A stretch of DNA of 62,722 bases, filler included. It is 10 parts of 10 records of this genome, joined end to end, with 100 filler letters (N's around TTAATTAATTAA, not from the genome) between each part and the next. Parts side by side here need not be neighbours in the genome. Positions count along the whole stretch, not along the records: positions 6,156 to 11,441 come from SRR31156797_131799; positions 11,542 to 16,771 come from SRR31156797_132029; positions 16,872 to 23,132 come from SRR31156797_132147; 7 more parts are not named here. The stretch is one strand, 5' to 3'. Each line of letters starts with the position of its first letter. Position 1 is the first letter of the stretch. Both the position numbers and the translations under genes were made by a program. Of this stretch, positions 10,601-20,900 are shown piece after piece. The notes below the pieces were generated by a model, which saw nothing but the letters and a program-made list of their open reading frames with translations, did not search any database and was not told the DNA's origin.

Positions 10601-11441
10601 GCCAGATGCGGATGTTCTGGATATGGGCGTTGTTGCTGATCACCTGCCAGTCGTCGCCCATGCCCCTGATGGTGGGGGAGTGGAATCCCAGGTCCACCAC
10701 CTGGTCGATGAAGTAGTTGATCACCTCGACCTCGTGTGTCCGGTAGACCGCCTCCCCGGTTTTGAGCACACAGTTGAGCACGGTCTGGGGGAACCTGCCG
10801 TCCAGGGCCCTGAGCACCCCGAAGGTCCTGTCGATGATGGTGAGGTTGTTTCGATAATCCTCGTGGCCGATGAGCCAGGTCAGGGCCCGGTTGATGTCCC
10901 GGAGGGCATCCTTGTGAACCATGGCGAGGCCCGGGGTGTTCATGATGTAGAACAGGAACATTACCTCCAGGCGTCGGCAGGAGATCTTGTCGGGCATGCT
11001 CCGGCAGATTTTCTGGGGCGTCTCCCTGAAGAGTTTGACAAAATCCTTGTACCCGGGAAGGGTGATGAGCTGACGGGTCAGCTCCATGGATGCCACGGGT
11101 TCCTGCTTGACCATGGTGTGAAGCTTTTCCTGCCACCGGGCGATCCGCGGGTGGGAAGTTTCGTTGATGAGGGTTGCCGCAAGGTGGTCGTCGTCGCAGA
11201 GGCTTGCCTCCTTTTCGATCCAGGAAAGGGGATCTTCCAGCCCCAGCCAGTAGGAGAACGACTGGTCGTAGAACCGGATGAGAAAGCGGTTGACGGTTTC
11301 ATGGTTCCGGTCCTCGTCCGGGCCGGCCTTCAGGAACAGGGCCGCGACTTTGTCCGGCGGGAAATAGCTGGTGACAAAAAAGTGGAACCCGGCATCCCCA
11401 TGGTCGAGGACCTGTTGGATGATGGCCTCGCACACCGGTAA
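7638..11441 (-). CDS. PPDK-related dikinase: more than 750-aa unknown N-terminal region, ATP-grasp domain, phospho-His swivel domain; 5'-truncated
   Basis: LGNKGLNL, PPGFIITTE, PLLISVRSG, VQTMVFGN, QGEDVVSG, LLQTR, then GILTARGGVTSHASVVA; the protein ends right after the swivel domain. Confidence 0.88.
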   Translation of the reverse strand, partial: LPVCEAIIQQVLDHGDAGFHFFVTSYFPPDKVAALFLKAGPDEDRNHETVNRFLIRFYDQSFSYWLGLEDPLSWIEKEASLCDDDHLAATLINETSHPRIARWQEKLHTMVKQEPVASMELTRQLITLPGYKDFVKLFRETPQKICRSMPDKISCRRLEVMFLFYIMNTPGLAMVHKDALRDINRALTWLIGHEDYRNNLTIIDRTFGVLRALDGRFPQTVLNCVLKTGEAVYRTHEVEVINYFIDQVVDLGFHSPTIRGMGDDWQVISNNAHIQNIRIWLELIGQKPKMSARLLSAMIIFLSCGGVFIKDTDLFPRDITAFLGKNIAPVYNLVKQLARLLPAFFNDIGAEGKLRDISTQLDEACLRKDTLIHFLRKQCHVESSSRVVSFIEQVMLFWETSDKTGLQPYVPPMIYDEIDEDGIYSRGMGKIFSSLSKGGIRLPQDLLTKDEALVAAKIDAVTDVSDLDRDRAHLTLEFYRLLNQKYNFDNIELDSYLDQLNCEDLPDTDRIRQALAEPGIKQKLSGLLDYLDDLKALILSDATFEIRENMYHKRHIAVDIPSVYGSYSETRFDALGLTLRIEAIVNVLFEELINSIDLSLITNVTFSQVLEILELFDMALSVDGISSNKMKTQLELLTHSIEARAFSFTQYIDIFKGFSRAVKNIIDDNFHTIHGRNILQIMAKMPEDQILEKFLPKDEEEMERKKLAHRVAELFFRDKIVTSLGLQQLDVFLNRIMKTLVRQSETLSGTLLNKLFNYDPNNAITRISGEKRDTHHIIHLGNKGLNLVELKKMGLPIPPGFIITTEAFRCQELINTYEPARANFRKQVEANLAILEKRTGKAFGNPKNPLLISVRSGSSISQPGMLESYTNVGLNETIAESIAKKSGNTWFAWDCYRRFVQGYGMSFGLNRNDFDSIMYKFKKKYGVSLKREFTGEQMKLLSITYKNMVVDSGIELVEQPIDQLYLAIDKVFASWDSPQARAYRRIMGISDDWGTAVTVQTMVFGNASDRAAGSGVFFTHSPRLPGDTLRLWGDFTIGNQGEDVVSGLVRTLAISEMQREIEQRGSDISLESGFPELYENLKTIAYELIYDHHWDPQEMEFTFESPNYKDLYLLQTRDMSVRERNIILTFDMENLDSEVEYLGRGIGVSGGPMSGRIVFTLEEIKEWRKREPEVNLILIRGDTVADDIREIYASDGILTARGGVTSHASVVAHSLKKTCVVGCENLMSNEKKRQCKFENTLMKSGDFISMDGREGLVYKGYLKVNEL

Positions 11442-11541
11442 NNNNNNNNNNNNNNNNNNNNNNNNNNNNNNNNNNNNNNNNNNNNTTAATTAATTAANNN
11501 NNNNNNNNNNNNNNNNNNNNNNNNNNNNNNNNNNNNNNNNN
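11442..11541. other. Artificial contig spacer
   Basis: N44-TTAATTAATTAA-N44. Confidence 0.99.
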
Positions 11542-12434
11542 TAGGCATTGATAATCCCTTGGGCGCATCGTTCAACCTTGCAGTCTTCCATCACCAGGGC
11601 GTGGTTTTTTGCCTCGGTAAGTGCCTGCACCCGCTTCCCGTGTGCTGCCGCGGTGGCATAGATATGCTTGCCGACAGCTGTCGATCCCACAAAGGAAACG
11701 CCCATGATATCAGGATGTTTAAGGAAACTTTCCGCCTCATTGCGGCTGCAGGTAACGATATTGAGAACTCCATCGGGTAGGCCGGCTTCACGCCAAAGCT
11801 CCAAAATGCGCATGGCACTTTGAGGAACGAAACTTGCGGCTTTGAGTACCATCGTATTACCGGTTGCAATGCACAGTGGTGCCATCCAGCCATGAGGAAT
11901 CATGGCCGGGAAGTTCCAAGGGGCGATACCGGCAAATACTCCCAGAGGCTCCCGATACAGAACCGTATCGTAATTCTGGCTGCAATTCATCAACGATTCG
12001 CCCTTCATCATGTGAGGTACACCGCAGGCAAATTCAACCACTTCGTTGACTTTCAGCACATCCCCCATGCTTTCACTGTAGTTTTTACCTTCCTCCGCGC
12101 ACAACAGAACCGTGAGTTCCTCCAGGTGCTTGTCAACGAGTTGCTTCATTTTGTAGTGGACCTGCACACGCTTGCTAACCGGGGTGTTAGCCCATTCCGG
12201 GAAGGCGGCCTTGGCAGCCTCGATGGCTCCATCGACCTCTGCCTGGGTGCAACATGGCGCTTTGGCCAACACCTGACCAGTGGAGGCATTATAGCAATCC
12301 ATATACTTATCGGTCTTGGACATTAGCCACTGACCGCCGGAATGGTATTTAAGAATTTTGGGTTGATCCTGATTTTCTTGGACAAAATAGCGCCCATCTT
12401 CTTCTTTTACCGCTGTAAATTCATCCTTTTTCAC
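11542..12434 (-). CDS. mmsA: CoA-acylating (methyl)malonate-semialdehyde dehydrogenase, 3'-truncated
   Basis: EVVEFACG.PH, REPLGVFAGIAPWNFPAMIP, SFVGST and GKRVQAL.EAKNH motifs. Confidence 0.85.
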
Positions 12435-12560
12435 TGATTATATCCTTTTTAGCATTAAATTGTAGAAAAACCATTGTGATACGGGCCAAAATTGTTATTT
12501 CCATAGAAATGCGACCTTTTTTATCAGGTCCGCCGCGATGCGGTAGGTACGATCCAGCCC

Positions 12561-13112
12561 CTAAAGAGTATTTCCGGGCGAAAACGAATAGCGGGCGTCG
12601 GCATACTCAACCCACCCCCCCGCCTGAACCAGGGCCCGGTCGAAATCCGACAGGTCGAAAGCCGCAGTAAGTTCTTCGCCGTCCTCTCCGGTAAAGGCCA
12701 GTTGCCAGGCGTCCAGATCGACGGACATTCGGGTCTGCTGCCCGGCGAAACGTTCGAGAAGGTGGTGAATCGTTTCGGCAGGCAGTTCAATGGCCATCAT
12801 GCCGCAGTTGAACGTGTTCTGCCGGAATATCCTGGCAAAGCTCTGGGCTACCACCACATTGATGCCGTTGACCTCCAGCGACCAGGGGGCATGCTCCCGC
12901 GAGCTGCCGCATCCGAAATTGGCCCGGCTCACGATAACCCCCTTGCCCACCAGATCGCGCTCGACCACGAAGCCCGGCAGGCTCAGGTCCTCCAACAGAT
13001 ATGGCGAAAGCGCCGCCTTGGTGGCCTCGGTCAGGTACCGGGCGGGAATGATCTCGTCGGTATTGATATCGTCACGGTCGAGAAACAGGACCTCACCCCC
13101 GAATGCTTTCAT
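12561..13112 (-). CDS. leuD: 3-isopropylmalate dehydratase-family small subunit
   Basis: DINTDEIIP, NFGCGSSREHA and SFARIFRQN motifs; ATGA overlap with leuC. Confidence 0.9.
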   Translation of the reverse strand: MKAFGGEVLFLDRDDINTDEIIPARYLTEATKAALSPYLLEDLSLPGFVVERDLVGKGVIVSRANFGCGSSREHAPWSLEVNGINVVVAQSFARIFRQNTFNCGMMAIELPAETIHHLLERFAGQQTRMSVDLDAWQLAFTGEDGEELTAAFDLSDFDRALVQAGGWVEYADARYSFSPGNTL

Positions 13113-14428
13113 ATCATGCTCCTTTGTTTGTAAGCCGCCTTCGGCAGCAAGTTCCGTGGATCGGTAATCTCTCCCGCCACGGCCGTGGCAGCGGCCGTGG
13201 CCGGGCTCATCAGGTGAATCATGCTGCCCTTGCCCATGCGGCCGTTGAAATTGCGATTGGTGGTCGAGGCGCACACTTCTCCCGGGGCCAGAACGCCGTT
13301 GCTCATTCCCAGGCAGGCCCCGCAGGTCGGGTTGGTTACGCAAAAGCCCGCTTCGAGGAATACCGATAGAATTCCCTCGGCCAGGGCGGCCTGATAGACA
13401 TCCGTGGTGGCCGGCGCGACGATGCCCCGCACCCGCGGCGAAATTCGGCGTCCCTTCAAGATGGCGGCAGCAGCCCGCAGGTCCTCCAGTCGGCCGTTGG
13501 TACACGAGCCGATGTAAACCTGGTCGACGGCCGTGGATGCCATTTGGCCCGCCGGCCGCACCTGATCGGGCTTGAAGCCACAGGTCACCATGGGCTCGAG
13601 CTTGCCGACGTCGTGGGTTAGGCTCTGTTCATAGATGGCATCGGGGTCCGGGCAAACATCCTGGAATGCCGCCAGGGCTTCCTGCCGACCGGTATATTCC
13701 GTGGACACGAAAGGCCAGAGGTAATCCAGTGTGACTTCGTCCGGCTCGCAGATGCCGCAAGTAGCCCCCGCCTCGATCGCCATGTTGCAGAGCGTCATGC
13801 GCGCTTCCATGCTCATGGCCGCCACCGCCGGTCCGCCCAACTCGATAACCCGGTCGGTGGCGCCGCTGACCCCTATCCGTCCGATGAGCGACAGGATGAC
13901 ATCCTTGGCAAACACCCCCGGCGGCAGATCACCTTCCAGCTCGACGCGGATGGTCAACGGTGACCGGAACGCACAAACGCCCTTGAGAATGCCCACCTCC
14001 AGGTCCGTGGTGCCCACGCCGGCTGCAAATGCCCCGAAGGCCCCGTGGGTGCAGGTGTGCGAATCGCCCATGATTATGGTACAGCCCGGGCGTACGAAAC
14101 CCTTTTCCGGAAACAGGGCATGGCAGACACCGTTGGCGCCGATGTCATAGAAGTCCCGAATGTCGTGGCGCCGGGCCCAATCACGCAGGATTTTGCCCTG
14201 CACCGCGGTCTTGCCGTCCTTGGCCGGTGTCACGTGGTCGATGACCGCCTTGATCCGCTCGGGGTCGAATACCCGATCTTTTCCACGCGCCACCAGATCG
14301 TTGATGGCGATGGGGGTGGTGATCTCGTGGCAGAAAACGGCGTCCAGCCGGAGAACGTGGGTCCCCTGTGCCGGTTCGTCCACCCGGTGGTTATCGAATA
14401 TCTTCTCAGCAATGGTCCTGCCCATCAT
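13109..14428 (-). CDS. leuC: 3-isopropylmalate dehydratase-family large subunit ([4Fe-4S])
   Basis: TIAEKI, DHVTP, GVCH, GDSHTCTHGA, GSCTNGR, CGACLG and STTNRNF.GRMG motifs. Confidence 0.92.
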   Translation of the reverse strand: MMGRTIAEKIFDNHRVDEPAQGTHVLRLDAVFCHEITTPIAINDLVARGKDRVFDPERIKAVIDHVTPAKDGKTAVQGKILRDWARRHDIRDFYDIGANGVCHALFPEKGFVRPGCTIIMGDSHTCTHGAFGAFAAGVGTTDLEVGILKGVCAFRSPLTIRVELEGDLPPGVFAKDVILSLIGRIGVSGATDRVIELGGPAVAAMSMEARMTLCNMAIEAGATCGICEPDEVTLDYLWPFVSTEYTGRQEALAAFQDVCPDPDAIYEQSLTHDVGKLEPMVTCGFKPDQVRPAGQMASTAVDQVYIGSCTNGRLEDLRAAAAILKGRRISPRVRGIVAPATTDVYQAALAEGILSVFLEAGFCVTNPTCGACLGMSNGVLAPGEVCASTTNRNFNGRMGKGSMIHLMSPATAAATAVAGEITDPRNLLPKAAYKQRSMI

Positions 14429-14620
14429 ATTCCTTTCGTCGCGCGACGCTGTCACGGATCTGCTGGTTTCCGGTTAGTTGAAACGAGTCGAGTTGTTTGA
14501 GGCAATCTCAAAATTCATTTTTTCGACTGTTTAAGTTGATTTCGAGACCCTTCTTTCCCGGGACAAACACCCGCCGGTCCCCGTGCCCTTTTTGAACAGG
14601 TACAAACGGTTTGTTCTGCT

Positions 14621-15490
14621 TTAAGATGGCTGGTACTTCTTTTCAGAGGCCAGCCAGTCTTTGAGCCCCATGATTTCAAAGAATTTTTGTGGCCCGACAA
14701 TGTTTTCATCGTCCCATGCCACGCCTTCGTTCAGCAACCGCGCATAAGCCCATCGCAACCCATTGACGGCGGCGTCCATGGGCAGTGTCGGATAGATGGC
14801 GATTTTATAACCCATTTCCGCCAGCTTGGCGGGCGCAAGCGGCGGTGTCTTACCGGCCGGCCCGGCCATGTTGATCATGCAGGGGACGGGAACCTTCACC
14901 GGAATGGCGGCCATCTCCTTCGTGGTCAGCGGGGATTCAAAAAAAACCACGTCGGCGCCGGCATCGGCGTAGCGTTTGGCGCGGTCGATGGCGTCATCAA
15001 AACCATTGACCGTGCGGGCATCGGTGCGAGCAATGATGGTGAAATCGGGGTCTCTCCTGGTGTCCACGGCGGCCTTGATCTTGCCGATGAATTCCTCGGC
15101 GGGTACGATGGTCTTGCCGTCCAGATGACCGCATTGTTTGGGAAAGGACTGGTCCTCCAAATGGATCCCGGCCACTTCGGCCCGTTCGAATTCCCGCACC
15201 GTTCGGATAACGTTCAAAGAATTGCCGTAGCCCGTATCCGCGTCGGAAATCACCGGCAACCCCGTGCATTCGGTAATCATGCCGGCGTTGGCGGCCATTT
15301 CGGGCAGCGTAATCAAACCCAGGTCCGGCTGGCCGAGCCGGGATGCCGCCGTAGCCGCTCCTGTCATATACAGCACTTCAAAGCCGGCCTCGGCCGCCAG
15401 GCGTGCGGTGATGCCGTCATAAACCCCGGGAGCGACGATCAGCTTGTCCGGGGTATCCAACCATTTTCTCAATATCGACGCGGGAGTCAT
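14621..15490 (-). CDS. Isocitrate lyase/PEP mutase family C-C lyase (2,3-dimethylmalate lyase / oxaloacetate acetylhydrolase / PrpB-like)
   Basis: APGVYD, YMTGAATAASRLGQPDLG, DADTGYG, HLEDQ..PKQCGH and IARTDA motifs. Confidence 0.9.
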   Translation of the reverse strand: MTPASILRKWLDTPDKLIVAPGVYDGITARLAAEAGFEVLYMTGAATAASRLGQPDLGLITLPEMAANAGMITECTGLPVISDADTGYGNSLNVIRTVREFERAEVAGIHLEDQSFPKQCGHLDGKTIVPAEEFIGKIKAAVDTRRDPDFTIIARTDARTVNGFDDAIDRAKRYADAGADVVFFESPLTTKEMAAIPVKVPVPCMINMAGPAGKTPPLAPAKLAEMGYKIAIYPTLPMDAAVNGLRWAYARLLNEGVAWDDENIVGPQKFFEIMGLKDWLASEKKYQPS

Positions 15491-15633
15491 CGCGTTTCCT
15501 TTTATTTCGAAGAAAAGAGACGCCAAAAGCCGAGTCCCCCCTTTCCAGCCTTTAAACCGCCCGGGATGGGGGGGAGGCCGGATGAGAGGGGACAGGAAAT
15601 ATTACCGTTGTTGATTAGAGGATGCCTGCCCCT

Positions 15634-16771
15634 TTAGCGGGTCAGTTCAACCACCTCGTCGATGCTGGCGATCTCTTCCAGCTTCTTCACCTTGGCGACG
15701 AAAGCGTCCCTCTTTTCCTGGTTCATGAACTTTTCGGTCATCATGTCGAACTTGGCGATGATCTCGTCCAAGGAAACCGGGTTTTCCGGATCGCCCTTGG
15801 GATAATCCACGTGGGCGGTCACTTCGCGGCCGTCATTGAGGATGGCTACGACGGTGGAGGGATAGTATTCCGGATAAACCCGCTCGGCTTCCGGATCCAG
15901 TTCCCAGGTGACCTTGGCGGCCAATTCGAGCACTTCGGGATCATCCAGTGACTTTTCGGTAAACTGGACAGGGCCGGTCTTGTTTTTACAAATCGCCACG
16001 GCGATGGTCCAAGGCAGGCTGAATTGAGCGTCCACATGGGTTTCCGGGTGGTATTTGGGTTCCGGTGGGGTGCACAGAACACGGATTGAGAAGTCGCAAA
16101 CCTTGGCGACAATGCTCTTTACGTCCTTGGCGCGCACTCCCTGTTGGTACAGATCCAAGGCGCAATCGGCGAGCGGGCCGGCGAAACGGCAGCAGGCGTG
16201 GACCTTGATGCTGGTGTCCATCATTTCCCACTTTTCACCGAGCTTTGTGGTAATGCGGCCGTAGTCGAAGGTGTCCTGGAAAGAATGGGCACGGACGAAG
16301 CCGTTGGGGCCTTCAAACACGGTGCGGGCGCCAATGAAATCTTGTTTCGCCAGAAGAGCGCACTGGACGCCGCACATAGCCGGGTGGCCCGCCTGCAGCG
16401 GCTTCTGCCAGGAACCTTCAGTAGACCACTCCTGGGTGCCCGCTGTGAAGCTGCCGGCCAGGCCCAGGGCGTAGGTCGTCTGCTGGGCGTCAAGGTCCAA
16501 CAGGCACGCGCAACCCGCCGCCGCGCCGAAAACGCCGCAGGTTCCGGTGGGATGGAAGCCTTGGTAATAGGACTTGCCGAGGAAGGATTCGCCCACCCGG
16601 ATCATGACTTCCAGGCCAAGGACCAGGGCGCGAATTACGTCCTTACCGCTGGCATTGAGCTTTTCCGCCATCGCCAGAACGGCCGGATAAACGGCGACGG
16701 TGGGGTGCATGGTGCCTTCCCGATGGTCGTCGTCGAAGTCGAACAGGTGACCCATGGTGGCGTTGGTCATG
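15634..16771 (-). CDS. MmgE/PrpD family protein, 5'-truncated
   Basis: H..DFDD.H....HP, GFHPTG, K.LQAG, FEG..GF, K.HACC, AQFSLP and PKGDPENP motifs. Confidence 0.92.
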
Positions 16772-16871
16772 NNNNNNNNNNNNNNNNNNNNNNNNNNNNN
16801 NNNNNNNNNNNNNNNTTAATTAATTAANNNNNNNNNNNNNNNNNNNNNNNNNNNNNNNNNNNNNNNNNNNN
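16772..16871. other. Artificial contig spacer
   Basis: N44-TTAATTAATTAA-N44. Confidence 0.99.
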
Positions 16872-17856
16872 ATGGCATCGACTCCGCAAAGAAGGTCGGG
16901 TGTGTACCTCGAGTGAGACTTGTATCGTAATCATAGCTCTCTGAGCTGGTGTAGTTCGCTCGGGTGTGCTGGATGGTTTCTGCATCCGTCCAGGGGAAAC
17001 GATGACTCGGAGTTCCACCACGGGCGGCTTTTTCCCACTCGGCCTCCGTTGGGAGGCGGTACCCGTTGGCGGAGAAATCACAATTCCAGAAATGGTCGGT
17101 ATAGCATTGTGTTTTGCCTTCCATCAGGCTTCTCCAATTACAGTATGAGGCTGCACCATAGAAGTTAACCCTGGTAACCGGATACTGCTCTTTACCCGGG
17201 ACGGAGCCGAATGTGCTCCCATCGAAGGTAATCTGACTGTGATCAGAGCTTTCGGTTGTGTCACACCAGAAAGCCACTCCATGCTGGTTTGCCGGAAAAA
17301 CGAGTCCCGATGTGATCCTGATGAGTCCCTGCTGGTATGCCCAGTTGAGAGCTTCTGCGTATTTCTGGTTGGTAACTTCGGTGGTCTGCATGTAGAACGC
17401 GTCGATGTACACTGTGTGGGCTGGGAACTCGTCGGAAAACCCTTCGGCCAGTGAATCGCCCATCATGAACTCCCCTGCCGGGATGAGAACCATACCCTGG
17501 GGGACATCACCGATCTCACCGGTGAAGCCCTGCTGGAATAGAGAGTAATCTGCAAGATCAACATCACCATCAGAGTCGAGGTCGGCCTGCTGGCATGAAG
17601 GATCGATGGGGATGTTCGTGCCCGCCAGGCAAGGTTGCCAGGTTTCGAAGTCTGACAGGTCCGTGTCGCAGTCGAGGTCGAGGTCAGCCAACGGACGTCC
17701 CTGAGGATCGACGGCGGTGCCGAACGGAGTGTTGTTGCAAACGTCTATGTCGTCGGTGATGCCGTCGCCGTCTGAGTCGGCTGCGATTGCGGGGGCACTA
17801 AGTGTCATCACGAGGATCAGTACATAGGACAGGCTACGAATGGTCCGGGATTGCAT
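16872..17856 (-). CDS. Secreted FGE-sulfatase (SUMF1/PvdO-like) domain protein with TSP3-like and dockerin/EF-hand-like repeats, 3'-truncated
   Basis: Signal peptide; DSDGDGITDDIDVC; ADLDLDCDTDLSDF and ADLDSDGDVDLADY; MVLIPAGEFMMG, TEVTN and YRLPTEAEWEKAARGG. Confidence 0.88.
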
Positions 17857-17975
17857 TTGCTTCTTCCTCCATAAGAACCATCGCTCCAGATTATTCGAGG
17901 AGCAATGATGCTCTGAATAGTGTACTCAGATGATCAAGCGGATTCAATCTATGATTGCTCTAGTGATTTGCCTGT

Positions 17976-20900
17976 TCAATGCTTCAGTTTCCATTTGAGT
18001 TGTTCTACTGCGCAGTAGCAGACAGGTGTGACGAAGATCGTAATGAGGACGACGAGCATTCCGCCGAACACGGGGAGGGCCATAGGGGTCATGACGTCGC
18101 TGCCCCGGCCGGTTGAGAGCAGGACGGGAACGAGGGCGGCAAGAGTCGTGAATGACGTCATGAGGCATGGGCGGATTCGGCGGAGGCCTGCTTCGACGAC
18201 GCGGTTTTCGATTTCGCGGTAGTCGCGGATCGGACTGCGGCGGAAGGTCTGGTCGAGGTAGGTGCCCATGACGATGCCGTCGTCGACGGCGATGCCGAAG
18301 AGTGCGATGAAGCCTACCCATACGGCGACGGTGAGGTACATGGCGTCGCCTTCAAAGCCGCGATCGATAAAGCCCGAGACGTAGAGCATATCCTGCAGTG
18401 CCGGCCAGTATTCAAGCAAAATGAATCCACCTGAAAAGGCGACGGGGATTGCGAGAAAGACCGTTGCAGCCAGGGTCATTCTGCCGAACTGCAGGTAGAT
18501 CAGCACGAAGTTGATCAGCAGCACGAGAGGAATCAGCAGGCTGAGGCGCTGCTTGGCGCGGAGGTTGCGTTCGTAGCTGCCTGTCCACCTGAGGTGGTAG
18601 CCTTCGGGGATCTGCAGTCGGCCATCGATGATCGCCTGGTCGATGATCGCCTTGCCGTTGTTGACCAGGGTGGTTTCGTCGACGCCGGTGTTGTTCATGG
18701 TGACGTAGGTGACGAAGCGGGCGCCTTCGCGGCGTACGCTCATGGGGCCGATGACGCTGTGGACGTCGGCAATCTGTTGGAGCGGGATGTAGGCGCCATC
18801 GGCAGTCGGGACCGGGAGCTTTGCGATTCGCTCGGGGTTGTCGCGCAGTTCGCGCTGGAAGCGAACGCGGACGGGGTAGCGGTCGAGGCCTTCGAGGGTT
18901 TCGGTGAGGGTGCGGCCGCCTATGCCTGCCTCGATGACGTCCTGGACGTCGCGGATGTTGACGCCGTAGCGGGCGATGGACTTGCGGTTAATGTCGATTT
19001 CGAGGTAGGGCTTGCCGTTGGTGCGGATGGCGTTGATGGCTTCGGCGTTGGAGAGTTCGTCGCGAAGGAGCTGCTCGATGTTGACGGCGAGTTGTTCGCA
19101 TCCTTCGAGGCTGTTGCCGTAGACCTTGATGCCGATCTTTGCGTTAAGTCCGGTACTGAGCATCTCGACGCGGGTGCGGATGGGCTGGAGCTGCACGGAT
19201 GGCAGCACCCCGGGAAAGCGGCCGGCGGCGCGGATTTCATCCCAGATTTCGTTGTTGGTGCGTTTCCGCTGAAGGCCCGGGTGGTCGGGGTCATCGATGA
19301 GGGGCCACTGGTCGCGCGGTTTGAGGGCAATGACGGTTTCGAGCATGCCGACCGGAGCGGGGTCGAGGGCGGAGTCGATTCGGCCGAGTTTGCCGACAAC
19401 TGTTTCGACCTCGGGGATTTGTGCGAACTGGATGTCCTGCTTTTCCATGACCTCACGGGCGGTGTTGATGGAGCCAGCGGGGAGAATGCTCGGCATGTAG
19501 AGGAAGTCGCCTTCGTCGAGTGGCGGCATGAACTCCTGTCCGATGCCCGTGTTTTGCGTGAGGTAGTCGGCGACGGGTTTTGCCTGTGCCCAATCGGCGG
19601 TCAGGAATCGCGGCAGGACGATGATGACGAGAATTGCGATGATGAGGGCTGACGTATTACGGAGCAGGAGCTGTTGTGGCTTTCGTTTGCGGAGCAGGCA
19701 GACCGTGTCCCAGAGAAGCGGATAGAGAAGGAAGCCGATGATGCAGCCTATGGGGATGGCGATGATGCCTCCGAGCGTCCAGAGGGTTGGTGAGAGGCCA
19801 ATGCTTTCGGCGAGATGTGCGGGAAGAGCGAGCACATCAGCCCAGCCCAGCCAGATGGAGAGCCCCCAGAGAACAATGGCAATCGGGATGATCAGGAAGA
19901 TGAATTTGTTCCGCAGCAGGGTTCGAAGTACGGGCTCATAGGCTGCAAGGATGATGCGGCTGACAGGATTGCGGTCTGTCGGACGAACCTGCTCGCGAAG
20001 GACAGCAAAGGTGACGAGGAAGAAAATCGTGAAGACAGTGATTTCTTCGAGAAAGCCGAGTCGTGTGGTGCAGTAGTGTTGTACCTGGGCGAAGACTTCG
20101 AGTAGTCCCGCTGCCGAGTACCAGATCAGCGTCAGGACGATTGCGATCGGGATTGCAACAACTGCTGCTTTCCTGCGGTTCATTCGGAACTCGCGGAGGG
20201 CGATCGATGCGAGGGTTGGAACAACGATGATGGCGAGCAGTGCAGCCCCGACGAGGCAGAAGGTTTTTGTCCATGCGAGGGGTTTGAAGAGGCGACCGGA
20301 TTGTCCTTCCAGAAAGAAGACGGGGAGGAAGGAGATCACGGTTGTTGCGATGGCAGTCAGGATGGCGCTGCTGACCTCGGAAGCCGCTTCGCGGATCACA
20401 CCGGTTCGTTTTTCATAATCGAGGCTGCCATCGGGGAGGGTGTACTCCTGGCGCTTTGCGGAGAGGTGCTGGAAGATGTTTTCGAGCATGACGATGCTCA
20501 TGTCGACCATGGTGCCGATCGCAATGGCGATGCCTGCGAGGCTCATGATGTTGGACGGAAGTTTGAGTGCTCTCATGCAGATGAAGGCGAACATCACGGC
20601 CAGGGGCAGCGTTACTGCGATGACGAGACTGCTTCGGAAATGCAGGAGGAAGAGCATTGCCGCGATGGCGGTGACGATGAGTTCCAGCCGCAGGGTTGTG
20701 GTCAGCGTGGCGAGGGTTTCACCGATCAGATGACTGCGGTCGTAGAAGGCGTTGATGCGGGCTCCGGGCGGGAGTCCGGGTTCGATGGCAGCGATGCGTT
20801 GCTTGATGCGGTCAATGGTATCCAGCGGGTTTTCGCCGAAGCGCATGGCGACGCAGCCCCCTACCGCTTCTGCTCCCATCTTGTCGAGGGAGCCTCTCCT

